Shown here: in pieces, positions 53,250 through 64,000 of the stretch
How positions within the stretch are numbered: the first letter of the stretch is position 1
Layout: the number at the start of each line of letters is the position of its first letter
Assembly: GCF_963921235.1 (NCBI RefSeq)
Contig: NC_086097.1
Span: forward strand, 193,566,001-193,630,000
DNA from: Mobula hypostoma
Taxonomy: Eukaryota
DNA length: 64,000 nucleotides
Direction: 5' to 3'
Made by a program: the position numbers and the translations under genes
The notes under the pieces: model-generated
Databases searched by the model: none
Told to the model about the DNA's origin: nothing
Seen by the model: the letters and a program-made list of their open reading frames with translations, nothing else

Positions 53250-56200
53250 TTACATCAAATGAAAATGCTGAATGAATGGCCTCCAAGTTTTTTCAAACTT
53301 AATGGAAGGGTCATAAACTGCACTTCTAATTTTCTCTAAATTCAAACACACCATAGTTTGTGAAAACCAATGAAATACATTAGGAGGGTTAATCTCTTTC
53401 CAGTTCAACAAAATGGATCTTCTAGCCATTAAAGTAAGAAATGCAATCATCCTTTATGATGAAGAGGTTAAGTTATTTAAGTCTATCATTGGTAGTCCAA
53501 AGATAGCAATAATTGGATGAGGTTGTAAGTCTGTATTTAGGACCGTTGAAATAATATCAAAAATATCTTTCCAAAATTTCTCCAACAAGGGACATGACCA
53601 AAATATGTGGGTTAAAGAAGCTATCTCGGAATGACATCTGTCACATATTAGATTAATATAAGAGTAATAATGAGATAGTTTATCTTTGGACATATGAGCC
53701 CTGTAAACTACTTTAAACTGTATCAACCTATGCTTAGCACATACAGAGGATGAATTAACCAACTGAAGAATTTTTTCCCATTTTTCAGTTGGTATATTAA
53801 TCTCAAGTTCTCTTTCCCAGTCAGCTATAATTTTATTAGAAGCATCAGGACATAAGTTCATAATTATATTATATATAATTGCTACTACACTTTTCTGATA
53901 CAGATTTAAATCTAAGATTTTTTCTGAAGTGTCCATTGGATATGGGTGTGGAAAATTAGGGGAGACAGCAATTAAAAAGTTTCTAATCTGTAGATATCTA
54001 AAAAAGTGAGATCTGGGTAAGTTATATTTATTAGAGAGTTGATCAAAAGACATAAAACAATTATTCAAAAATAAATCGCGAAAAGATATTATACCTTTGG
54101 TTTTCCAATCAAAGTAAGCTTGATCCATCATGGAAGGTTGAAAAAGAAAACTTGATATAATGGGACTTGCTAGAATAAATTGATTAAACCCAAAAAATCT
54201 TCGAAATTGAAACCATATACGTAAAGTATGCTTAACTATTGGGTTGTTCATTTGTTTATATGATTTAAAAGAAGTAAAAGGAAGTAAAGTTCCTAAAACC
54301 GAACCCAAGGAAAACCCTTGTAATGAATTAGATTCAAGATTTACCCAATGAGGGTTTAAAGATACGTCCAAATCTCGTAACCAAAATTTAAAATATCGAA
54401 TATTAATTGCCCAGTAATAGAATCTAAAATTCGGGAGGGCGAGCCCCCCGTCCTTTTTAGATTTCTGTAGATACCTTTTACCTAACCTAGGATTTTTATT
54501 CTGCCAAATATATGAGGAAATTTTTGAATCTACGTTATCAAAAAAAGATTTTGGGATAAAAATTGGAACCGATTGGAATATATACAAAAATTTGGGCAAA
54601 ATGATCATCTTAATAGCATTAATCCGACCAATCAAAGACAAAGAGATTGGCGACCATTTGGTAAATAAAAGTTTAATCTGATCAATTAAAGGTAAAAAAT
54701 TAGCTTTAAATAAATCTTTATATTTTTTCGTAATTGTTATCCCTAAATATATAAATGAATCAGTAACCAATTTAAATGGTAAACATCCATAAATAGGTAC
54801 ATGCTTATTTAAAGGAAATAATTCACTCTTATTAAGATTCAATTTGTAACCAGAGAAGTTACTAAATTGAGCCAACAGACCTAGGATAGCAGGAATTGAC
54901 TTCTCCAGGTTAGAGATGTATAACAACAAATCATCTGCATATAATGATAATTTATGTATTTTGTTTCCACGGGTAATACCAACAATATTTGGTGAGTCAC
55001 GAATAGCAATTGCTAAAGGTTCAAGAGCGATATTGAATAGTAAAGGACTAAGAGGGCAACCTTGCCTAGTACCACGAAAAAGACGAAAAAAAGGAGATCT
55101 ATAATAATTTGTACAAACCGAGGCTACCGGGGAGTAATATAACAATTTAATCCAAGGTATAAATGTCAAATTAAAATTAAATTTCTCAAGAACATTAAAT
55201 AAATAAGGCCATTCAACTCTGTCAAAGGCTTTCTCAGCACTTATTCCGGGGTAGTAAGTGAGGGGGTATAAACAATAGTCATTAACCTCCTAATATTAAA
55301 GGATGAATAGCGATTTTTAATAAATCCGGTTTGATCCATGGAAATAATTTGAGGTAACACCTTCTCCAACCTAGTTGCTAGAATTTTTGAAAAAATTTTA
55401 GAGTCTACATTCAGAAGAGATATCCGTCTGTATGATGCACAATCAGTAGGATCTTTATTCTTTTTAAGAATTAAGGAAATAGAGGCTTCATAAAACGATT
55501 GTGGTAATTTACCTAAACTGATTGCTTCCTTAAATATTCTAGACAACTTAGAAGAAAGAATGGAGGAAAAAAATTTTAAAAGTTCCACTGTAAACCCATC
55601 CGGACTGGGTGCTTTACCGGAATTCAATGATGAGATTGCAGTTATTATTTCTTCCTCTGAAATGGAAGCTTCTAATGATAAGCAATCTTCGGGTGATAGT
55701 TTTGGAAAACTCAATTTACTTAAAAAGTCATGCATGAAATTAGAATCACGAGGAAAATCAGAGTGATATAAAGAGGTGTAAAATTTTTGAAAGGTTTGGT
55801 TTATCCCAGCATGATCAACTGTGAAAGTATCATCCTGTTTGCAAATCTTAGTAATTTGACGTTTAACCGAATCAAATTTCAGTTGGTTAGCCAGTAATTT
55901 ACCCGATTTATCGCTATGAATATAAAAATCACTATTAGTTCTCATTAATTGATTTTCGATCGAGGATGTTAATAATAAGCTATGTTCCAATTGGAGTTCA
56001 ACTCTGTGTTTGTACAGCTCCTTACTGGGAGAAATAACATATTTTTTATCGACTTCTTTAATTTTATCAACCAACAGAAGTATTTCATTGATAACACGTC
56101 TTTTCAAACCAGCCGAATAGGAAATAATCTGACCACGGATATAAGCTTTAAAGGCGTCCCAAACAGTTCCATTGGAAACTTCTTCCGTAGTATTAGTTGA

Positions 56201-57018
56201 AAAGAAGAAATCAATCTGCTCCTTTATAAATTTGACAAGGTCCTGATCTTGAAGCAAAATAGGGTTAAATCACCATTGTCTGCTAGTACAAGAGGTGTCC
56301 ATTAACTTGATGGAAAGTTTCATTGGAGCATGATCTGAAATAGCAATAATGTCACAATTACAATCAACTACATATGGAATCAAACGAGAGTCAATCAAGA
56401 AATAATCAATTCGGGAAAAAGAACTATGAACATGTGAAAAAAAGGAGAATTCCTTATCATTTGGATGTAGAAATCTCCAAATTTCTGAAATCCCAGAATC
56501 CAACATAAAAGAGTTAATAATAGTAGCCGACTTATTCGGTAAAGCCGGACTACCTATGGATCTGTCCAACATGGGATTCAAACATAAATTAAAATCACTG
56601 CCCATTATCAACATATACTCGTTTAAGTTAGGAAAGGAAGTGAATAAGTGTTTAAAAAATTCAGGGTAATCCACATTCGGAGCGTAAACATTAACCATAG
56701 CAACCTTTTTATTAAAAAGTACCCCAGTAATTAACAGAAATCTGCCATTAGGATCTGAAATAATGTCTTGATGAATAAATGTAATTGAGGGATCAATAAA
56801 AATTGAAATGCCTTTAATTTTGGCTTGAGCATTTGAATGGTATTGTTGTTCTTTCCAAAACTTAAAGAAGCGTTGATTGTCCTCTTTCCTTACATGAGTC
56901 TCTTGTGCAAAAATAATATGAGCATTCAGTCTTTGGAACACTTTGAAAACCTTTTCCGTTTTATTGGATGATTTAAACCATTTGTATTCCAAGAGACAAA
57001 ATTAATAGTATGAGCCAT
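53250..57018 (-). pseudogene. L1 ORF2p (APE endonuclease + reverse transcriptase + C-terminal Cys/His knuckle), disrupted
   Basis: Starts MAHTINFVSWNTNGLN at 57018. Endonuclease motifs: QETH, NVYAPN, DFN, SRIDYF, SDHAP. RT motifs: KAPSPDGF, YRRISLLNVDSKI, AEKAFDRVEW, GTRQGCPLSPLLF, YADD, YLG. C-terminal CDRC...HIFWSC. Broken by a frameshift near 56950, stops at 56270 and 53454, and a deletion near 55240. Confidence 0.95.
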
Positions 57019-57845
57019 AATTGAAAATTAACCCTTTGGTGAGTAAGGGGTTAACCATAATGTGAGCTCATGAAATCGGAAGAGGAATACATGATTAGAG
57101 AGGAACCAGAAATCTCGACACTGCGGACATCTTTGTAGTTCTCAATCAGCCCAATAGAAAAAATTAGAAAAGAAAAAGACTACCCCATCCCCCAACCCCA
57201 AGAACCCCGAACTAAGCCAAAGAAGGCTGAAGAAAGCACTAACTAAAACTAACTCTAACCCCATTTCTGCAGGGGGCAACTCCAAAAATATATGTTAAAT
57301 AGGTGACCTCCCGGAGACTAATATATGTAAAAAATAAACAGTATAGTAAATTAGTCTACACAGTAAAAATTACTAAAATATATAAAATTTAAAAAAATTA
57401 GTGTCAATACGTATAATTAGTTAATCATAAACGAGTAAATAAAAAATCGCTTCCAGAAGGAGAAAGAAGGATTATGGAAAGAAGAAGCATAAGAACATGG
57501 CATCCCAAAAAAAAAACAAAGGTGGTATACAAAAAGAAAGACAAGTCGCTATTTTAATTATGCGGAAACCAAAAATAGGAAACACATAACTAAAAATGAT
57601 CGTCGGATCAAATCATTAATAATAACAAAAAAGGTAAAGTTAAAACAAAAGGTTAACTAAAGGAAAATGATGTTATTCACAGGAGATAAGTATTCTATAT
57701 AAGTTATAGAATAACAACTATAGTAATAAACAAAGAACAAAAATCTTGGACTTATAAAAAACCTTCATCGCACGGTAGTAAAAGGTTTATTTTTAAAAAA
57801 ACACCAGAGAGAAAAAAAATTGGTGCTGGAAGCACCAGACACAGA

Positions 57846-58737
57846 TTAAGAGAGGGTGTCTGTATCAGATGGGAAATTATCATCCAAAAAGCTTCGAGCG
57901 GCAGTTGTAGAATGGAAGACATGACGATTTCCATCGGGAAGAGAGATTCTGAGACGTGCAGGATACAATAGTGCCGGTTTGAGATTTTTTTGATAGCATT
58001 CCGACATTAGAGGTTTAAAAGTCAGTCATTCCTTCATCACTTCAGGACTATAATCTTAGACTATCCTGAAGGAATGCTGGCGATAGTTGATCATCCCTTG
58101 TCGACGAGCAGTCTGGAGAAGCTGTTCTTTAACATTGAAATAATGGAAACGAAGAATAACTGGTCTGGGTTTGGAAACAGCCGCTGCCAACTTTATCCAC
58201 GGTATACGATGGGCGCGGTCGAGCAATGGAGGATCGTTGGGAAAAACTGAACCGAACGAATCCTTTAAAAGTTGAGCAAAGAATATTGCAGGGTCTCCAA
58301 CCTCAACATCCTCAGGTAAGCCAATTAAACGTAAGTTTTGTCTTCTCGATCGATTCTCAATCAATAACTTTGGATTTAAGTTGTTGGAGTTGTTTAGTAG
58401 TCGAAGCTAGATTCTTCTCTAAGATCTCAACTTTTGTATCCATCTTCTGAGATTTAGTATCCAGTTCAGAAATTTTAGCATCGTGTTTTTGAACATCAGA
58501 ATTCAGGGATTTCAAAGAATCCGTGATTGATTTTAAATCTTCATTGAGGCTTTGGCGATGTTGTTCAAATTGGGCAGTTAAACTTTCAGATAATTTTATC
58601 CGATGCTGCTCAAACATTTCCTCCAAACACTTCATCATAACTTCGTAAGTTAATTCCGTTTGTTTAGAATCACCTTTCTTCTTTCCTCCGTTCCCATCAG
58701 CGTCTTTCCCATCTTTGGTTTTAGATCTCGTACTCAT
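57846..58737 (-). pseudogene. L1 ORF1p (coiled coil + RRM + CTD), disrupted
   Basis: The N-terminal coiled-coil ORF (58357-58737) frameshifts into ENRSRRQNLRLIGLPE...LDRAHR...PRPVILRF (58056-58364). Reading on through two stops gives DYSPEV...ALLYPARLRI to TAA at 57846-57848. Confidence 0.9.
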
Positions 58738-58922
58738 TTCTTTAAGCTCGAGAGTTACAGTTTACAAAAGGAAATCAATTAATCAGTAAATCAGGAAGAT
58801 AAAGTAAATCTTCTGGTGTGCTTAAAGTTGACTAGATCAAGGAGATCATAGGTTAAAAAGGATAATGGGAATGGAGCAAAGCCAGAGAGACAACCTCACT
58901 CCATGAGCGCTCCCTGCAGAAT

Positions 58923-61900
58923 CAGGATATGGGCTAACAGCAAATTGACCATTTGTAACTGTTGTTGTAAATGTGCAAATTTTTTTTCTGGAACTGATAC
59001 CTTCGAACTTCAAGGCACTTGCTTGAATTCTGTGAGATGCATTCTGGACAGGATTCCAGTGCAGGATTCTGATTAGCAAGACTTCGGGAAACAGTGTTTG
59101 TGTCTGCTGGTTCTATGTTTGGCTGGATCGTTCTATCCAGTTGGACCCAAAAGCAGGACACAAACAAGGTTTGTAGCATTAACAAGAATGTAGTTTACTG
59201 ATCATTAGTGGGAAAGTCGGGAAGGAAGGATTGTTCAGAGGGAGATCAAGGTGTGAGCAAAGCAGAAGCAATAATAAGCGTGGCTAGACTTGGACTTGGA
59301 CTTGGAACGTGGAACACGGAACTCGGGACCGGGACTTGGAACTTGGGATTCGCACATGGAACTTGGAACTCGGGATCCGGACTTGGACCTTGAAACACGG
59401 GACTGGGACCTGGAAGTTGGAAAATCGGTGCCTGGACCTGGAACTACGAACTTCAGAGCCTGGACATGGAACTAGGGACCCAGACTTGGAACTCTGGACC
59501 AGGACTTAGAACTTGGATGTTGGAACTCGGGACTCAGACTTCATACTCGGAACTTGGAATTCGGGACCCGGACTTGGAACTCAGGACCCAGACTTGGAAC
59601 ACGGGACTCAGACTTGGAACTCAGAATGTCGAACTCGGGACCCGGACTTGGAACTCGGAACATGGAACTCAGAAGCCGGACATGGAACTCGGAACATGGA
59701 ATTCAAGACCTGAACTTGAAACTCGGACCCAGACTTGGAACTTGGAACTCGGGACGCTGATTTGGAACATGGAACTCGGGAACCAGACTTGGAACTTGGA
59801 ACTTGAGACCCTGAACTTGACTTGGAACTCGGAACTCGAACCCGGACCTGGCATTTGGGACCCGATCTTGGAACTCGGGACTCGGACCTGGAACTCAGAT
59901 CTTGGAATTCGGGACCGGGACTTGGAAACCGGGACCTAGACTTGGAACTTGGAACTTGAAACTCAGGTCCCAGACTTGGAACTCGGAAACCGGACTTAGA
60001 ACTTGGAACTCAGAACGTCAGAGCCTGGATATGGAACTCAGAACATCAGAGCCTGGATTCGAAACTCTGAAAATCAAAACCTGGACATGGAACTCGGGAC
60101 CCGCAGTCGGAAATTGGGACCCAGACTTTGTAATTGGAAGTTGGAATTTGGGACCTGGACCTGGAACTCAGGACCCAGATTTGTAACTCAGGATGAGGAC
60201 TTGGAACACGGAACGTGGAACTCAGGATGCGGGCCTGGAACTCGGGACCCGGACATGGAACTCAGAACATGGAACTCGAGACCCAGACTTGGAACTTGAA
60301 ACTCGGGAGCTGGACATGCAACTTGGAACTCGGGACGCGGATTTGGAACATGGAACTCATGACCCAGACTTGGAACTTGGAACTCAAGACCCAGAACTGG
60401 ACTTGGAATTCGGTACTCGGGACCCGGACCTGGAACTCGGAAATTGGAACTCGGGACCCGGGCTTGGAACTTGGAACTGGGAACATCAGAGCCTGGACAT
60501 GGAACTCAGAACGTCAGAGGCAGGGTTTGGAACTCAGAAATTCAGAGTCTGGACTTTACTTAGACGAAAGACATGAATCACTGAGCTGGGCCTCCTTCTT
60601 CGGTACAGGACATAGAGCCGGGTCTCTTCTCAGACACGGGACATGGGCTAACAGCAAATTGACCTTTTGTAACTGTTGTTGTAATTGCGCAATTTTTTTT
60701 TCTTAAACTGATACCTTCAAACTTCGAATCACTTTCTTGAATTCTGTGAAATGCATTCTGGGCAGGATTCCCTTGCAGGATTCTGACTAGCAGGATTTCG
60801 GGATACAGTGTTTGTGTCTGCTGGTTCTATGTTTGGCTGGATCGTTCTGTCACAAGTGCGGAGCACGGGTGGACCCAAAAGAAGGCCAAAAACACGTTTT
60901 GTACATTAAGAAGAATACAGTTTACTAATCATTAGTAGGAAAGCAGGGAAGCAAGGATTGTTCAGAGGGAGATCAAGGTGTGAACAAAGCAGAAGCAGTA
61001 ATAAGCGTGGCTCGACTCGTGCTTGGACTTGTAACGTGGACGTCGGAACTCGGGACCGGGACTTGGAACTTGGGACTCGCACATGGAACTTGGAACACGG
61101 GACCCGGACCTGGAAAATGGAAAATCAGTGCCTGGACTTGGAACTGGGAACTTCAGAGCCTGGAAATGGAACTCGGGACCCGGACATGGAACTCTGGGCC
61201 AGGACTTGGAACTTGGATGTTGGAACTCGGGACCCAGACTTCCTACTTGGAACTTGGAATTCAGGACCCAGACTTGGAACTCAGGACCCAGACTTGGAAC
61301 ACGGGAATCGGACTTGGAACATGGAACTCGGGACCCGGACATGGACCTCGGAACATGGAACTCGAGACCTGGACTTCAAACTCAGGACCCAGAAATGGAA
61401 CTTGGAACTCGGGACCTGGACTTCCAACTTGGAACTAGGGAAGCAGATTTGGAACTTGGAACTCGGGACCTGGACTTGGAACTTGGAAGTTGAGATCTGG
61501 AACTGGACTTGGAACTCGGAACTCAGGACCCGGACTTGGACTCAGATCTTGGAACTCGGAACTTGGAACTCGGGACCCAGACCTGGAACTCAGATCTTCG
61601 AATTCGGAACCGGGACTTGGAAATCGGGATCCAGACTTGGAACTCGGATCCCGGACTTGGAACTCAGAACTTGGAATATGGAACCTGACTTGGAACTCAG
61701 AACATGGAACTCAGGACCCGGACAGGGAACTCAGAACGTGGAGCTGGGGACCTGGACATGGACTCAGAACTTGGAACTTGGAACTTGGAATTCGGGACTC
61801 AGACTTGGAACTCGGAATGTGGAACTCAGGACCCGGACACGGAACTCGGAACGTGGAACTCGGAACCCGGACTTGGAACTTGGAACTGGGAAAATCAGAG

Positions 61901-64000
61901 CCTGGACATAGAACTCAGAACATCAGAGGGTGGACTTGGTACTCAGAAATTCAGAGCCTGGACTTTACTTAGATGAAGGACATGAACCACTGAGCTGGGC
62001 CTCCTCCTTGGGTACAAGACATAGAGCTGGGTCTCTTCTGAGACACAGGACATGGGCTAACAACAAATTGACCTTTTGTAACTGTTGTTGTAATTGCGCA
62101 ATTTTTTTTTCAGGAACTGATACATTTGAACTTCGAGTCACTTTCTTGAATTCTGTGAGATGCATTCTGGGCGGGATTCCAGTGGGGGATTCTGACTAGC
62201 AAGAGTTCGGGATACAGTGTTTGTTTCTGCTGGTTCTATGTTTGGCTAGATTGTACTGTCACAAGTGCAGAGCACGGGTGGACCCAAAAGAAGGCCAAAT
62301 ACATGTTTTGTAGCATTAACAAGAATAGAGTTGACTAGTCATTGGTAGGAAAGCAGGGAAGCAAGGATTGTTCAGAGGGTGATCAAGTTTTGAGCAAAGC
62401 AGAAGCAGGAATAAGCGTGGCTAGACTCGTACTTGGACTTGGAACGTGGAACTCGGGACAAGGGCTTGGAATTCGGGAGCCATACATGGAACTTGGAACA
62501 CGGGACCCGAACCTGGAAAATGGAAAATCAGTGCCTGGACTTGGAACTGGGAACTTCAGAGCCTGGACATGGAACTCAGGACCCGGACTTAGAACTCTGG
62601 GCCAGGACTTGGAACTCGGATGTTGGAACTCGGGACCCAGACTTCCTACTCGGAACTTGGAAGTCGGGACCCAGACTTGGAATTTGGAACCCGACTTGGA
62701 ACTCAGAACATGGAACTCAGGACCCGGACACGGAACTCGGAACGTGGAATGTGGGACCCGGACTTGGAACTTGGAGCATCAGAACCTGGACATGGAATTC
62801 AGAACATCAGAGTCTGGACTTGGTTCTCAGAAATTCAGAGCCTGGACTTCACTTAGACGAAGGACATGAACCACTGAGCTGGGCCTCCTCCTTGGGTACA
62901 AGACATAGAGCCGGGTCTTTTCTGAGACATAGGACATGGGCTAACAACAAATTGACCTTTTGTAACTGTTGTTGTAATTGCGCAATTTTTTTTTCTGGAA
63001 CTCATACCTTCGAACTTCGAGTCACTTTCTTGAATTCTGTGAGATGCATTCTGGGCAGGATTCCAGTGGGGGATTCTGACCAGCGAGAGTTCAGGAAACA
63101 GTGTTGTTTCTGCTGGTTCCATGTTTGGCTAGATTGTTTTGTCACAAGTGCGGAGCACGGGTGAACCCAAAAGAAGTCCAAAAACACATTTTGTAGCATT
63201 ACCAAGAATAGAGTTGACTAATCATTGGTACGAAAGCAGGGAAGCAAGGATTGTTCAGAGGGTGATCAAGTTTTGAGCAAAGCAGAAGCAGGAATAGGCG
63301 TGGCTAGACTCGGACTTGGACTTGGAACGTGGAACTCGGAACTCAGGACCGGGACCTGGATCTCGGGACCCGCACATGGAACTCGGGACCCGGACTTGGA
63401 ACTTGGAACTTGGGACCCGTACCTGGAAATTGGAAAATCTGTGCCTGGACCTGGAACTGGGAGCTTTAGAGCCTGGAATTGGAACTCTAAACATCAGAGC
63501 CTGCTATGGAACTCGGGACTCGGACCTGGTACTTGAACTTGGAACTCGGGACCATGCCGTGCAACTCAGGACCCGGATTTAGAACTCGGAACTTGGAACT
63601 TGGAACTCGGGACCCGGACATAGAACTCGGAACATGGAACTCGAGACCCAGACTTGGGACATTGACCTGGACTTGGAACTCGGGACCCAGACTTGGAACT
63701 TGGATCTTGGGACCTGGACTTGCAACTTGGAACCCGGGATGCGGATTTGGAACATGGAACTTGGGTCCCAGACTTCTAATTTGGAACTCAAGAACTGGAA
63801 TTGGTCTTGGAACTCGGAGCTTGGGACCCAGACCTGGATCTTGGAAATTGGAACTCGGTTCCCAGACATGAACTCGGAACCTGGAACTTGGAACTTGGAA
63901 TTCGGGATCCAGACTTGGAACTCGGGACCCAGACCCGGAACTTAGATATTGGAATTCAGACCCGGACTTGGAAATCGGTACCCCGACTTGGAACTCGGAA
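58923..64000. repeat. Same macrosatellite, right arm (resumes after the L1 insertion)
   Basis: Core sequence resumes exactly at the TSD (caggatatgggct|aacagcaaattgacc). Core landmarks occur at about 59134, 60848, 62257 and 63140. The array runs off the window end. Confidence 0.97.

Larger units (their letters stand above)
52866..58922 (-). mobile_element. Near-full-length L1-clade LINE, inactivated
   Basis: ORF1 and ORF2 lie on the minus strand. The sense-strand 3' end is A-rich (...ATTAAAAAGATTGAAAAAGAAAGAA). There is a perfect 13-bp TSD caggatatgggct (52853-52865 and 58923-58935). The element is strongly AT-rich compared with the satellite. Confidence 0.96.

Noticed and set aside
54916..56200. 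Plus-strand ORFs 54916-55104, 55560-55766 and 55982-56200
   Set aside because: These are antisense shadows of L1 ORF2 with no independent motifs.
421..63945. Hundreds of overlapping ORFs with GTWNLEL / VPSSKFQ-type repeats (up to ~350 aa)
   Set aside because: The 6/7-mer repeat is nearly stop-free, so the same peptide appears in all frames on both strands. Frames are not conserved between units, so these are not genes.

Overview
Eukaryotic, almost certainly vertebrate, repetitive DNA. The Penelope-like element resembles those I recall from ray and shark genomes, which is an inference. There are no host protein-coding genes. About 57 kb of the window is one head-to-tail complex macrosatellite with 40 complete and 4 truncated units by my manual count, mostly ~0.9-2.0 kb each. 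Each unit has a conserved ~450-480 bp core plus a variable-length tract of 6/7-mers (GGAACTT, GGAACTC, GGGACCC, GGACTT). Read on the minus strand, part of the core looks like the 3' end of a Ty3/Gypsy (sushi-like) LTR joined to the start of gag: AATAAA...TTTTGGGTCC...TGACA, then 17 nt, then ATG-MEPAD. The satellite may therefore be an amplified LTR-retrotransposon remnant. Three retroelements are inserted into the array, each with a target-site duplication (TSD). The first is a 117-bp Penelope-like tail carrying a minimal hammerhead ribozyme (60-176). The second is an ~835-bp 5'-truncated Penelope-like element with a GIY-YIG endonuclease end, an inverted tail and an identical hammerhead (1929-2762). 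The third is a ~6.06-kb near-full-length decayed L1 LINE on the minus strand (52866-58922). The array also shows multi-unit higher-order duplications and a subfamily switch near 33.9 kb. Nearly all ORFs in the supplied track are artefacts of the stop-poor 7-mer repeat. Coordinates were counted by hand, and block-duplication limits are approximate.
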